DNA of 30,234 nucleotides from Octopus sinensis. Taxonomy: Eukaryota. This document shows, piece by piece, positions 1 to 11,574 of the stretch; within the stretch, counting starts at the first letter, position 1; the number at the start of each line of letters is the position of its first letter. The stretch covers positions 1 through 30,234 of the forward strand of contig NW_021832626.1 of assembly GCF_006345805.1 (NCBI RefSeq), written 5' to 3'. The notes under the pieces were generated by a model. The model had not been told where the DNA came from. It saw only the letters and a program-made list of their open reading frames with translations, and made no database searches. Both the position numbers and the translations under genes were made by a program.

Positions 1-917
1 AGATAAGATGTTCAACTTCACTAGAATGTTCCTCGTACGATTCAGTAACGGATTTAGCTGTGTGAATTAGTGCATTATCATGCTAAATAATTGTGTTCTG
101 CAACGAAACAATGAGTTTGATCATATAAAATGCTTAAATAGTCTTGACTATTAATTCTGCCATGAAGGGAAACCATTGGGCTGGCGGATTGCCAACATAT
201 GGCCCCCAAGATCATCACAAATCCTCCTCCATGTTTAACGGCGGTCGGAAATAAAGTACAGAATCACCCGTCCAAGAAAATAACATTCTTCCACTGCTCT
301 AGGGACCAATTCTGTCGGTGTTTAATCCACTCTAAACGCTTTGCAACGCTTGTTTTAGAAATTAGTGGTTTTCTAATTACTGCTCTCCCTTGCAATCCGG
401 CATGGTGCAGCTCCCGGCGAATGGTTTTTGTGGAAACTGGATTGTCAAGGTGGTCATTAAACTCTGTAGTAAATTTTGGGAGCAATACGTTTGTGATCTT
501 TTCTAGCTATTCACGTACGAGTCCGACGGTCCGTATCTGAAAAATTTAATTTTATACTAGAGTTTTGTTTCGACGATGAGGTTTTTCCCTCTTTCTCAAC
601 GGCTGTCAGTACATTCGAGTCAGTACTTTTTGATACAACAAGCATTTCGATTGTTTTCATTACGCTAGCGCCTGCCATCCGAGAACCAACAATTTCACCT
701 CTTTGAATGTCCGATATATCTGTCATTTTAAGTAATTTTAATTACCTTTTTCTGATAGTATCTGAAAAGAAACAGTAATTCTAGGAAAACATATTAAGCA
801 ACACTAATAAAAATATCCCCAAAACATGAAAATAAACAAACTTTTGACGGTTTTATAGACAATTCAAAATTATGATGCTATGATGCTAGGTGTTTCCACT
901 ATTTTGTCCAACCCCTG
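1..917 (-). mobile_element. Degenerate Tc1/mariner DNA transposon, cut off by window start
   Basis: Minus-strand frames give an HTH-like N-terminus (MTDISDIQRGEIVGSRMAGAS), VSTKTIRRELHHAGLQGR..RKPLISK..RLEW, VKHGGG.VM, HDNALIHTAK and EHSSEVEHLI, with stops, frameshifts and an internal deletion. The end reads TA|CAGGGGTTGGACAAAATAGTGGAAACACC (917-889; TA at 918-919), a typical Tc1 TIR with TA target. Confidence 0.88.
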
Positions 918-1342
918 TATATATTTGTATTCATATATTGCACAAATCACCGTGATTCGTCGCTATGCAACTGGCAATTTTGCAGACATCTTACATAAAC
1001 TTGGCTCCGCGTTCTCAGGTGGTGGAATTCAGGTTCTGTTAACCGGATTGTGTTTAAGTGAGCTCCAGGAGCTAGATCTCTGTACGAAACCTACAGGGCG
1101 CCGTGATGTATAACCCAAGCACTTGGTGTAAAACACTCAAACGTTGGCGTTATCTTCAAAAATCTTACTGCATTTCACATAAATTTTCTGTTGCTTTGCT
1201 GTTCCTGGTGTATAACTGCGATACTAAACTCTTTTGCTCTGGTGAAGGATATATATATATTTATATATATATATATATATATCAAAAGAAAAAACAGGAT
1301 TCAAAGGACTTTGCGGCCAGGTGACAACGTAGGTGAGTTAGG

Positions 1343-1519
1343 TACAAGTAATTCAGGGTGAATACTTGATAACTGTAAGCACCTGTATATGCCAGTTAGT
1401 GTGTTAGGTGATAGGATATATTTATCAAAAGAAAAATCCTTTGCATCCTATCACCTACACCACTAAATGACATATACAGGTGCTTACAGTTATCAACTAT
1501 TCACCCTGAATTTTTTGTA
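1343..1519. repeat. Fold-back inverted repeat (~75-bp arms, 27-bp spacer) between TA-rich tracts
   Basis: 1350-1391 matches the reverse complement of 1471-1512 at 41/42 nt. Looser pairing extends the arms to about 1343-1417 and 1445-1519. Confidence 0.85.
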
Positions 1520-2169
1520 ACTTATATATGTATATATATATAGAACACAACAAACCATATTCCGTCAATTTTACACAGTGAATGCTCGACGGTACAAGAG
1601 ACCAGCTTTCAAAAGACCGTGCTGTGAATAAAATCTTACCGAGAAAATATCCGGGACATGCAATTACTGAAAATTTGAAGACAGTTTTAGAAATGATTCA
1701 CACGAACACAAAATTTTCCGTAATAATATAATATTCAAGTAATCCAGTATTCCCATCCCATACCACGTGTTTATACTCAAACATCCGTTTCACTTTATTG
1801 GCTTTAACCTTTCACACAACACAATGAATGTCTCAAATGTTTAAACGTTTTGAAATGATTTTGTTGTTCTTTCTTTTTGTAATTCTTTTTATATAGAAGG
1901 GGAGAGGGTTGCCTTTCTGTTGCTTTCATGATTCTTTAAATTTGAAATCGTGAAAAGATGAGTTTGTACATTTCCAGCGATCAAAAACGCTTCATTTACA
2001 GTTTTAATTTTGTTTTTCCTAGCGCTTTCATAATTGCTATTTTCATAATTTTGTACAGAGCAAATATAACTTCGTTCGATAGTTTTGCTGCACGTTTGAA
2101 TAAATATATATATATATATATAATATAATATATATATTATATATATATATATAATACATACACCACTAG

Positions 2170-2230
2170 GCTGTAGTATTAAGTTAGATATGGCCTGGGC
2201 GTATACTGGCCAAAACTATGAAAGTTATCA

Positions 2231-2232
<2 letters not shown>
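2170..2232 (+). mobile_element. 3'-UTR fragment of the CR1-like LINE family seen at 22653-23356
   Basis: Shares TATTAAGTTAGA, TGGCCTGG and ATACTGGCCAAAAC with the LINE 3' ends near 22.9 kb and abuts (TA)n at 2233. Confidence 0.55.
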
Positions 2233-2265
<33 letters not shown>

Positions 2266-2372
2266 TATAAATATGTGTGTATATATATAATATAATGTAT
2301 TTATATACATATTATTATATATACATTATATTATATATATATGTATTTTTTTGTTCTTTTTTCAGCTCAGAG

Positions 2373-2398
2373 CTGCGGCCATGCTGATGCACCGCCTT
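2373..2398 (-). mobile_element. Short fragment of SINE family A
   Basis: CTGCGGCCATGCTGATGCACCGCCTT vs CTGCGGCCATGCTGGAGCACCGCCTT in the copy at 15788-16172. Confidence 0.5.
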
Positions 2399-2430
2399 AT
2401 GTGTATATATATATAATATATATATATATA

Positions 2431-2470
<40 letters not shown>

Positions 2471-2758
2471 ATATATGTGTGTGTGTGTGCATGTGTAAGT
2501 ACTTCCCATAGTCATTGGCATTCTAATGCACCAATGCCCACCACGTGCCCTTTTTCCCTTTCTCCTTTTACGTCTCACTTTTCCTCCTATGGTTTTTTGA
2601 CTCTTCTCATCTTTTTTTTTTCTTTTTTAGAGAGAGTAGCAATATTTGTGTTTTGAGCCTGAAAGGTTACCCCAAAATGCACAGTACTCTACACAAGCTC
2701 GTCCGACCAATATATGTTCAGAAGTACGTCACTTCTTGTGGGCCGCAATGAATTTCCG

Positions 2759-2798
2759 TATATATACATATACATATACATACACACATATATGTACA

Positions 2799-2851
<53 letters not shown>

Positions 2852-3668
2852 CTATATGTATGTACATATATATATATATCACATATATATATATAATATA
2901 TGTATATAATATGTATATATATATATGTACATGTATATGTATATATATATATTTGTATATATATATATATGTACATCTATATATATATATATGTGTGTAC
3001 ATATATATATATATATATATGTACATATATATATATATATGTACATATGTATATATTATTTATGTACATATATATATATATATTTATGTACACATATATA
3101 TATATATATATATGTACATTATAATATATTTATGTACATATATATATATATAGATAGATATATATATATATATGTACATATATATATATGTACATATATA
3201 TATATATATATATGTACATATATATATATGTATATATATATATATGTACATATATATATATATATATGTACATATATATATATGTATATTATATATATGT
3301 ACATATATATATATATATTATATATATATATGTACATATATATATATGTATATATATATATTATTATATGTATAATATATATATATAAATATATGTACAT
3401 ATATATTATGTACATATATATATATGTTATATATATATGTACATATATATATATATATAAATATATGTACATATAATATATTTATGTACATATATATATA
3501 TATATAAATATATGTACATATATATATATTTATGTACATATATATATATATATTTATGTACATATTATATATATATATATATTTATGTACATATATATAT
3601 ATACATATTGCACATATATATATATATATGTACATATATATATGTATAGATATATAGATATATATATA

Positions 3669-3704
<36 letters not shown>

Positions 3705-3711
3705 GTACATA

Positions 3712-3744
<33 letters not shown>

Positions 3745-3748
3745 GTAC

Positions 3749-3781
<33 letters not shown>

Positions 3782-3824
3782 ACATATATATATATATATA
3801 TTATATATATATATATATATATAT
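2759..3824. repeat. ~1.07-kb interrupted (TA)n tract with recurrent ATGTACAT units
   Basis: Directly visible. It generates all the Y/I-rich ORFs in this interval. Confidence 0.97.
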
Positions 3825-4179
3825 CTGTAAATATATGTGACAATTATTCGGTAGCCATGATAAAAATTCCGAGTTTCAGATGTCGGGGTGGAAACTCTCG
3901 CCGGCATCTCTTCAGTTATCGGACCATCGAAAAGAATGCTATACATATATATATATGTTTATAATGTCTGTGTATGTCTATTTATGTTTACACATATACA
4001 CATTGCAGTTGCATGTGTGTTGTTAGTATATACTTTGTATATATGTATTGTGATGTGAAGTGTGAGTCGTTTCACTGACTTCATTTGATGGGAACATTGT
4101 ATAAATCATCTACGAAGACATTAGAAAGCAATTGAATGACGAATCAACACGACGGAGAAAGAAATATACATAGAGGAAT

Positions 4180-5274
4180 CTAATTGCTGGCGTTGTGAGT
4201 TGGATTATCTATTTCCAGTGCTGTGCCTTCCATGTTGTTATTCGCCGTTGCCAGTTCGTATTCGGAGTGGGAAAGCTTTCGCCGGAAAATATTTACAAAG
4301 ATTTCGATAAGAGTGCCTCTAAAGGAAGAAGAGAACAAAATACAGAAAATGAACACGAGGACGGAGTTGAAAAGCGTGAGCAGTTGGGCTGCTGTTGACG
4401 TAAGGAAAAGTAAAATTAATCCATGTCCTCTCAACTGAAGGTTCTCCTCTAACAAATAGCAGATGTGTTCAGGTGATGTAATCAAGAAAAATGTAATGCA
4501 AATTACAGTACTAACGGATGTCATTTCATATTCCTCAGTGGCCAGCTGACCGAAATAATTGCTTCTGTCTCCTTTGATGATTATTCCCAGAACTACAGCT
4601 ATATCAAAGAAAAGTAAAAGTATTAGCGGAATGTAATAATTAGCTGACATGGAGACCCAGAACCACACCAATTCGTGCATCTTGGGATTGTTTGGATTAA
4701 TTTGATTGCACAATCCCGAGGTGAAGTAGGCACTCCACATGGCATGTATGTTAATAACTACAAGACCTGTGAAGACCATGGCGATGGCGACCTTTGACAT
4801 GAAGACGTTGCAACGCTCAGTTGCTTTTCTTGAATGCCAAAGAATAATATAGCGGTCAACAACCATGCAGACTGCCAACCATGTGGCTGACGAATAGAGG
4901 ACATTCCAACCGAATTGCCACAAACGGCAAAGGGGATCAGAAATATGGGGAATGTGAGTTAGTTTGCAGTATGTAATTATCCATTCGAGTGCTGGTTTTA
5001 AAATTCTAACAAATATATCAATAACAATGAAGACTCGTAAATAGAAACCTATCGAACACTGGCGCAGATTTGACTGCCGCAGCACCACCAGGGCTAAAGA
5101 GTCACTTATCATGCCGAGGGTCAACAGAATTGGCGGGACATACGTTAATATTGGGAGTATGATTTGGTTGTAAATTAAGTGCACGTTCCCACCGATGTTG
5201 GGTCGTACATAGGTGATATTTGAATCGAGAGATTCTATCGAGAAGTTACCGAAATTTGGGTAAGTGGTTTCCAT
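4180..5274 (-). CDS. Single-exon rhodopsin-class (class A) GPCR, 364 aa, resembling FMRFamide/GHSR-like (Srw-type) invertebrate orphan receptors
   Basis: Intact ORF with seven hydrophobic segments, N-terminal sequons (NFS, NIT), TM2 Asp (FIVID), TM3 Cys and DRY (LCRLWQF..VVDRY), ECL2 Cys, TM5 Pro (YYIPL), TM6 Pro (ITSPEH) and a helix-8-like SSSFR. The start context CCAAAA-ATG-G is good. Confidence 0.9.
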   Translation of the reverse strand: METTYPNFGNFSIESLDSNITYVRPNIGGNVHLIYNQIILPILTYVPPILLTLGMISDSLALVVLRQSNLRQCSIGFYLRVFIVIDIFVRILKPALEWIITYCKLTHIPHISDPLCRLWQFGWNVLYSSATWLAVCMVVDRYIILWHSRKATERCNVFMSKVAIAMVFTGLVVINIHAMWSAYFTSGLCNQINPNNPKMHELVWFWVSMSANYYIPLILLLFFDIAVVLGIIIKGDRSNYFGQLATEEYEMTSVSTVICITFFLITSPEHICYLLEENLQLRGHGLILLFLTSTAAQLLTLFNSVLVFIFCILFSSSFRGTLIEIFVNIFRRKLSHSEYELATANNNMEGTALEIDNPTHNASN

Positions 5275-5323
5275 TTTTGGTTCGAGAGTAACATAAAAGA
5301 TTCAATCGAAATATTAGAAAATA

Positions 5324-5345
5324 CTAGAAAAAATGTGAATAAACA
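5324..5345 (-). promoter_or_regulatory. Possible splice acceptor ahead of the GPCR coding exon (5'-UTR intron)
   Basis: The minus strand reads a pyrimidine-rich tract ending CACATTTTTTCTAG about 49 nt upstream of the ATG. Motif evidence only. Confidence 0.25.
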
Positions 5346-6585
5346 ATTTTCGAAAAAGTACGTTAAATAAACAGACGTGAGAGATAATAATTGTGGTGGG
5401 GGTAAATACAGACTAAGTTGCGATGTGGTGGGGTGGGGGAATGAGACGGAGAGAATTGATTAAAGAATAAAAAGAGAAGAAATGAAAAAAAAAAAAATAT
5501 TTGGAGGGTCAGGTATGAGGGCGGGGTGCATGCAAATAAAAAATAACTATATCAGAAATGAGGAGGAATAAAGAGACGGAAATTGAAGAAAACGGAATAA
5601 CAAGAACGAAAAAGGAAAAAAAAAAAAAAAAAAAATGACAGAAAGAGAAGTAAGGTTAGAAATGTAAATATGAATCTGTCAAGTATGCTTGAAATTCGCT
5701 CGTATGACCGTGTGTATATGTGTAGGCATTGGCATATTCAGGTATGGTCACGAAGATCAATATATGCAAATTGTTCATTGAATTTTATAAATGGAAACTA
5801 ACATATTTCCATTTGATTTTTTTGATCGAATTTTTGATTTTTTTGATCGAATTTTCGATTTCCTTGAAATTTAAATATTTCAGTTTTTTAAAATATATTT
5901 TTAATAAAGAAAGTAATGGTGTGTCATATCCAGGTGATGCGTTCAATAGTTCGATGAAGAAAGAATGTTTTGTTTGGTGTGGCGTTCTTTCAGTTCAGTT
6001 TCCTCATGTTTCTCTTTATGATGTTAATATCTCTGAAAATATAAAAAGAAAACAAAAAACGGTTTAAGAAATATTATTTATTGGTAGTTCTCAAGCAAGA
6101 AGAAAATTATATTAAAGAAAAGAAGGCAATACAAGAATGGTTGTGTAATGTTTTAGGTAGAACCACCATCAAAACGAAAATATAGGGCAACCGGTGCTGA
6201 AAGCTGAATAACTTCGTATTAATGATAGAAGAAAAAGTGCAAATAGGAGAACTAAATCGTAATATAGATAGGGAACGGCATCAGGGAGACGATATATGAA
6301 AGAATCTGGTGTAGTATGAAATGCATTGTTCGATTAGCAAAAATATAGCGTGGTGGACGGTGCTGGAGAGGTACAATCACGGTAAAGACGCGAAAACACA
6401 AATACAGGCACTCATATATGTAGACACACAGAGACACACAGGCAATCGCATATGAATGTGTGTGTGTATGCGTGTGTGAGTATGTGCGTATGTGTATGTG
6501 TATATATGAGGGGTCTAGTCGGTATGTGCATGTTTATCAGGAGGACAGTAACCCAAAATTTCATGCGTTGTGTCTAAAGTAGAAA

Positions 6586-6650
6586 TTATTGTTATTATTA
6601 TTGTTATTATTATTATTATTATTATATTATTATTATTATTATTATTATTA

Positions 6651-6681
<31 letters not shown>

Positions 6682-6695
6682 CATTATTATTATTA

Positions 6696-6745
<50 letters not shown>

Positions 6746-6752
6746 GTTATTA

Positions 6753-6786
<34 letters not shown>
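6586..6786. repeat. (TAT)n/(TTA)n microsatellite, ~67 units
   Basis: Directly visible, with occasional TGT/CAT interruptions. Confidence 0.97.
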
Positions 6787-6787
<1 letters not shown>

Positions 6788-7082
6788 CAGTAGTTTTATT
6801 TTTATATCGTGCTTTCACTTCACTACCGAGCGCAGCTCTGTGTGCCTTGGGTATGTGCTGTGGTTTGTTGTGATGCTCTTATGGTTACTGTATTGAAAGT
6901 GTTTTACGTAGGATGTGTGCAGTACCCAGTAGTCCAATTTTGTATATGTTATATATATTATTTGTAATTCCTGGTGATTTGTTATGTATTTTTTTCTGAA
7001 GTAGAGATCTACTTCCCATTTCTTCATGTTAAAGCTAATTAATTCTATTTTGTTGTCTACTATACTGAACATATATGTCTAC

Positions 7083-8095
7083 TATACTATACTCAAACAT
7101 TCACCGATCCATGAGTGTGAGATCATGTCATAGGCTTTCCTATAACCTATCCATTCTAGTGTTGGATTTTTCCTTATAGCTTTTACTTAATTAGGAACTG
7201 CTGTACAATAGATCATGCGTTTCTCAACTCTTCTTCCGGCTACCTTTCTTTTCTTTATGGCAGTAAATTCTTGTTGTCAAGATGCTCGCAAATGCTTTCT
7301 GAAAGCAATCCTGTTAACAGCTTTCACAGTAAGTGAAAATGGTAAGCAAGTGTTTGGTCTATAATTGCTAGCTATATTACTCTTCATTTTGTCTTTCATA
7401 AGGAGTATTATCCTCCCTCTAGACATCCAATCTGGTTTTATATTCGTCAATTAAGGCAATCCTGAAGTTGTACCCTCAGCCTCCCATGTAGACTACTAAA
7501 TTTCTTTAACCAGTACCCTTGAACTAAATCCGATCCTGGGCCCTTCCAGTTCAGCATTTCCCTAACACTTTTCTCAATAATGCATTATTTCGTCGCATAT
7601 ATGGCTGCTTCTCACTCAGTACTTCCTCTCTCAATTTTTTAACAACACTGCCTATCCATTACGATTGACTGGATTATCCCAAACTTTAATCCAGCACTAT
7701 CTAGCTTCTTCAGTATTAGGCTCATTATCTTCACTTCTTTCTCATTCACGATTTATTTTCTTATAAAATCTCATCTGGTCTTTCTCAAATGATCTTTTCT
7801 GTTGATACAGATCTGTTCTTTTCTGATAACTGGAAAGCTTACCTGCTACTGCTATCGTACGCTGTTTCAGTTGCTCTAAGACAGTCGCAAATCTTTTTCT
7901 CTTTGACTAAGTATTTTTTCTCAAGATTTAAATCTTGTGTTTCCTAACTTGAGCAGTTTTCAGGTTTCTATTCTATTCAGATTTTGTCTTAAAGTTTTCA
8001 ATTTATTTTGTAGTTTCCTTTTCCATTCTTGCTAAGTAGGTTTTTTTGTGGGAATATTGTCGTTTCTCTAATCTTTTCTTCACACAGAATCGTTA
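7083..8095 (-). mobile_element. Decayed R4/Dong-like (RLE-type) non-LTR retrotransposon RT fragment
   Basis: Minus-strand frames give EWKRKLQNKLKTLRQ, FEKDQMRFY, MLNWKGPGSDLVQGYWLKKFSSLH, PDWMSRGRIILLMKD, SNYRPNTCLP, KGSRKKS*ETHDLL and EWIGYRKAYDMISHSWIGECL, with many stops. These match the pre-RT region and RT domains 0-3 of R2-superfamily elements. Confidence 0.82.
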
Positions 8096-8120
8096 AGATT
8101 TTCGCGGATGCATAGTACAT

Positions 8121-8329
8121 ACTCTTTCTCTTTTACTTGTTTCAGTCATTTGACTGCAGCCATGCTGGAGCACCGCCTTTTAGTCGAGGACTTATTCTTT
8201 GTAAGCCTAGTACTTATCCTATCGGTCTCTTTTGCCGAACCGCCAGGTAACGGGGACGTAAACACGCCAGCATCGGTTGTCAAGCGATGTTGGGGAGACA
8301 AACACGGACACACAAACACACACACACAC

Positions 8330-8368
<39 letters not shown>

Positions 8369-8532
8369 CGACGGGCGTCTTTCAGTGTCCGTCTACCAAA
8401 TCCACTCACAAGGCTTTGGTCGGCCTGAGGCTGTAGTAGAAGACACTTGCCCAAGGTGCCACGCAGTGGGACTGAACCCGGAACTGTGTGGTTGGTAAGC
8501 AAGCTACTTACCACACAGCCACTCCTGCGCCT
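8121..8532 (-). mobile_element. tRNA-derived SINE family A, full length
   Basis: Minus-strand head GCGCAGGAGTGGCTGTGTGGTAAG..GGTTCAGTCCC (A/B boxes) and an internal (CA)/(TA) tract. Homologous copies at 15788-16172 and 28836-29232. Confidence 0.9.
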
Positions 8533-8751
8533 GTGGTTCGAGATCTGTAATATTAACTTCATTAACTGAAGTAATATTCTTAAGTGCAAGGGGGATTTTA
8601 CCAATTATTTGCGGGTTTTGGTTAGAATTGCGAATTTTGGAGAGAGTGTCCAATTCATTCATACTGGTTTCTTTAATTTCTTTAATTTTCAGCGATTCAA
8701 TCCTGATTTAGATCATGTAGTTCTGTAACTTTTATTATTATTATTATTATT

Positions 8752-9308
8752 GAGTGAGCGAGCAGAGCATGCCATCAAAGTGACACTGGGGTAAAATATA
8801 CGAAGCCCAGTATACCCATCATGACTACCCGTCTGATAAGGGTACACCAGGCACATGCATCACAACCATATGTGCGCGACATGGTGATCTCATATCAAGA
8901 TAAACAGTACATGACCTTGCAGGTGGAGCCCAGTTAGAATTTTCTTCAGATCGAGTAACCCATCCCGCTCAAAAGGTCCCTGAATAAGGGTTGTTTAAGG
9001 ACGTTGAACGAAACACCTATGTTTCCAGAGGTGAACTATTCAAACCCCAAAGAATCCTTCTCAACACATGGCTATGATGCTCCCCCACTACTTCTGCTCG
9101 TGATCAGAGATGCACATATCGTCAGCCACTAAGGGACATGCTCAACTGGTTAAGGTCAAACAACTGACATGCAAATCTGTGGTATTGAGCAGAATATTTG
9201 CTGTAGCCCATCTTTTATACCAAGACAAAACAATGTACATGATAACACTTCCAATCAGTTAAGATCAGAAGCCAAGACAGCCACTACCTGGTGCTGCATC
9301 AGGGTATC

Positions 9309-9309
<1 letters not shown>
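8752..9309. mobile_element. ~560-bp putative dispersed element of unknown class embedded in (TTA)n
   Basis: Higher-complexity, higher-GC block sharply bounded by (TTA)n at 8733-8751 and from 9310. Single copy here; it resembles an abundant octopus repeat from memory only. Confidence 0.5.
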
Positions 9310-9344
<35 letters not shown>

Positions 9345-9466
9345 TATTATCATCATCATCATTATTACTGTTGTTGCTGTTGTTGTTTTTATTGTTAATA
9401 CAATCATCATTATCTTCCCCCCTCCTCCTCCTCCTCCTCCTCATCATCATCATCATCATCATCATC
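9310..9466. repeat. Compound trinucleotide microsatellite (ATT)(ATC)(GTT)(CCT)(CAT)
   Basis: Directly visible. Confidence 0.95.
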
Positions 9467-10192
9467 TACATCATTTTATGATCACTTACATCGGCAATAT
9501 CATAATTGACGTTAGTGAAGTTTTCGTGGTTCAAAATGTCGGTGTCGTTGCATTTGTTGCCGCTAGTGTTCTCGCCACATCTCAGAGTTTTGATTTGCTC
9601 CATAAGTTCAAATCGAACGTTTATTTGCCAGCTTAATTTCGAGCTTCTGCAAACCATTTCTGTGTATTTTGCTGAGGAAGTTACAGTGAACGGAGAAATA
9701 TTAATTCAGGTGCAACAGCATCGATACTGATCAAACGTAATTCGAAAGTATATTTTTTGATGCTTTGAAAAATTCAAACTGCATATCGTGTCATGTGATG
9801 CGAAAGAGAGGAGAACAGAACGGGTTGGACGGTCACGGAAAGCGTGGCGGAATTTACATTGTGATTAAATCGACAGTTCTTCACATTAAAAACCAGCAGC
9901 AAAAATAAAATTAGTAGAAAGAATTATTTCTAATGTTGGCTCAAGGCCAATGATTTTGAGGTGAGGTTCGAAATCGTCAGCGTCAGAGCTTGAGTGGTTC
10001 TTTGTTTGAAGGGAGATGACAGAATAAATGGCAAAGTTGAACTCACAGAAATTTGATTTTGAAGTACGGGGCGATTCGAATATATCAGTCTAACTGCCTG
10101 AGAGGAACTTTGTTTCAAGGAACAATGTTTTAAAGAAAGAATGGCAAAGTTGAAAACGGCGAAATTTGAATTCAAAATGAAAAGAGACGCAA

Positions 10193-10624
10193 GAAATACC
10201 TATTTCTTTACTACCCACAAGGGGCTAAACACAGAGAGGACAAACAAGGACATACCGACGTATCAAGTCAATTGTATTGACCCCAGTGCGTAACTGGTAC
10301 TTATTTAATCGACCCCGAAAGGATGGAAGGCAAAGTCGACTTCGGCGGAATTTGAACTCAGAACGTAGCGACAGACGAAATACGGCTACGCATTTCGCCG
10401 TGATGCAGACGAAATACCTATTTTTTACTACCCACATGGGGCTAAACACAGAGGAGAAAAACAAGGACATACAAACGTATTAAGTCGATTATATCAACCC
10501 CAGTGCGTAACTGGTACCTATTTAATCGACCCCGAAAGGATGAAAGGCAAAGTCGACCGCGGCGGAATTTGAACTCAGAACGTAGCGACAGACGAAATAC
10601 GGCTACGCATTTCGCCGTGATGCA
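10193..10624 (-). mobile_element. SINE family C, two 5'-truncated units in tandem (217-bp period)
   Basis: GGCTACGCATTTCGCCGTGATGCA occurs at 10384-10407 and 10601-10624. The body is the reverse complement of the units at 12490-13028. Confidence 0.88.
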
Positions 10625-10811
10625 TTTATTTCAACGTTCTAATGATTCTATCAATGTACCGTTTTCAAATAAAGGAATAACACCAAGTGTAATATGTACA
10701 AAAAGATTTTGAGCAGCGAAAACAGTAGCAGTGCAAGGGTTTCAACGTCAGCACTATCAAACAGCTAAAACAACGATTTTGCTGACGTTTATTATGGAAC
10801 CTGGAGCTAAT

Positions 10812-11198
10812 GAATGGAAGCACTCCGTCGGTTACGACGACGAGGGTTCCGGTTGATCCGAATCAACGGAACAGCCTGCTCGTGAAATTAACGTGTAAGT
10901 GGCTGAGCACTCCACAGACACGTGTACCCTTAACGTAGTTCTCGGGGATATTCAGCGTGACACAGAGAGTGACAAGGCCGGCCCTTTGAAATACAGGTAC
11001 AACAGAAACAGGAAGTAAGAGTGAGAGAAAGTTGTGGTGAAAGAGTACAGCAGGGATCGCCACCATCCCCTGCCGGAGCCTCGTGGAGCTTTTAGGTGTT
11101 TTCGCTCAATATACACTCACAACGCCCGGTCTGGGAATCGAAACTGCGATCCTATGACCACGAGTCCGCTGCCCTGACCACTGGGCCATTGCGCCTCC
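10812..11198 (-). mobile_element. tRNA-derived SINE family B, full length, 14-bp TSD
   Basis: Head GGAGGCGCAATGGCCCAGTGG..GTTTCGATTCCC. TSD AACCTGGAGCTAAT at 10798-10811 and 11199-11212. Copies at 24375 and 29856. Confidence 0.93.
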
Positions 11199-11574
11199 AA
11201 CCTGGAGCTAATAGACAACATCCGACTGACATACGAAGAACTGCTCTCCATGACATCTCTGCGACATCCAAGTTAGCTGCCAGTACTACAAGCAGTAAAA
11301 AGCAACTAAGATGGTAACATTAGCATAAAGGCTACAGCAAAAGCGCTACAATTGACACAATAATAGATGTATAGAACTGTAGAAAGGAAAGGATGACGAA
11401 CGCTGATGAGGACTAATCAAAAGTTTATAAGCGCATTTTGCTAAGTTACCGTAGAAAAGTGATCTATGTAATCCTAAGATCGCTGTGCAACTCTTAATAC
11501 TTGGTAAATAAGAGAAACCAAAAAGCGAAACAAAAAGTACGTTTATCTCCGTTTAAAATAACGATAATGAAATG

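Noticed and set aside
2646-3964. Many Y/I/M-rich ORFs (also near 23353-23671 and 15219-15637)
   Set aside because: They are translations of (TA)n/(CA)n tracts, which lack stop codons in some frames.
6570-6896. Poly-Leu/Tyr/Ile ORFs (also 9169-9636 and 9265-9465)
   Set aside because: They are translations of trinucleotide microsatellites.
9930-10175. 81-aa minus-strand ORF
   Set aside because: It contains two decayed SINE-C fragments (near 10028-10065 and 10140-10175) and no recognisable domain.
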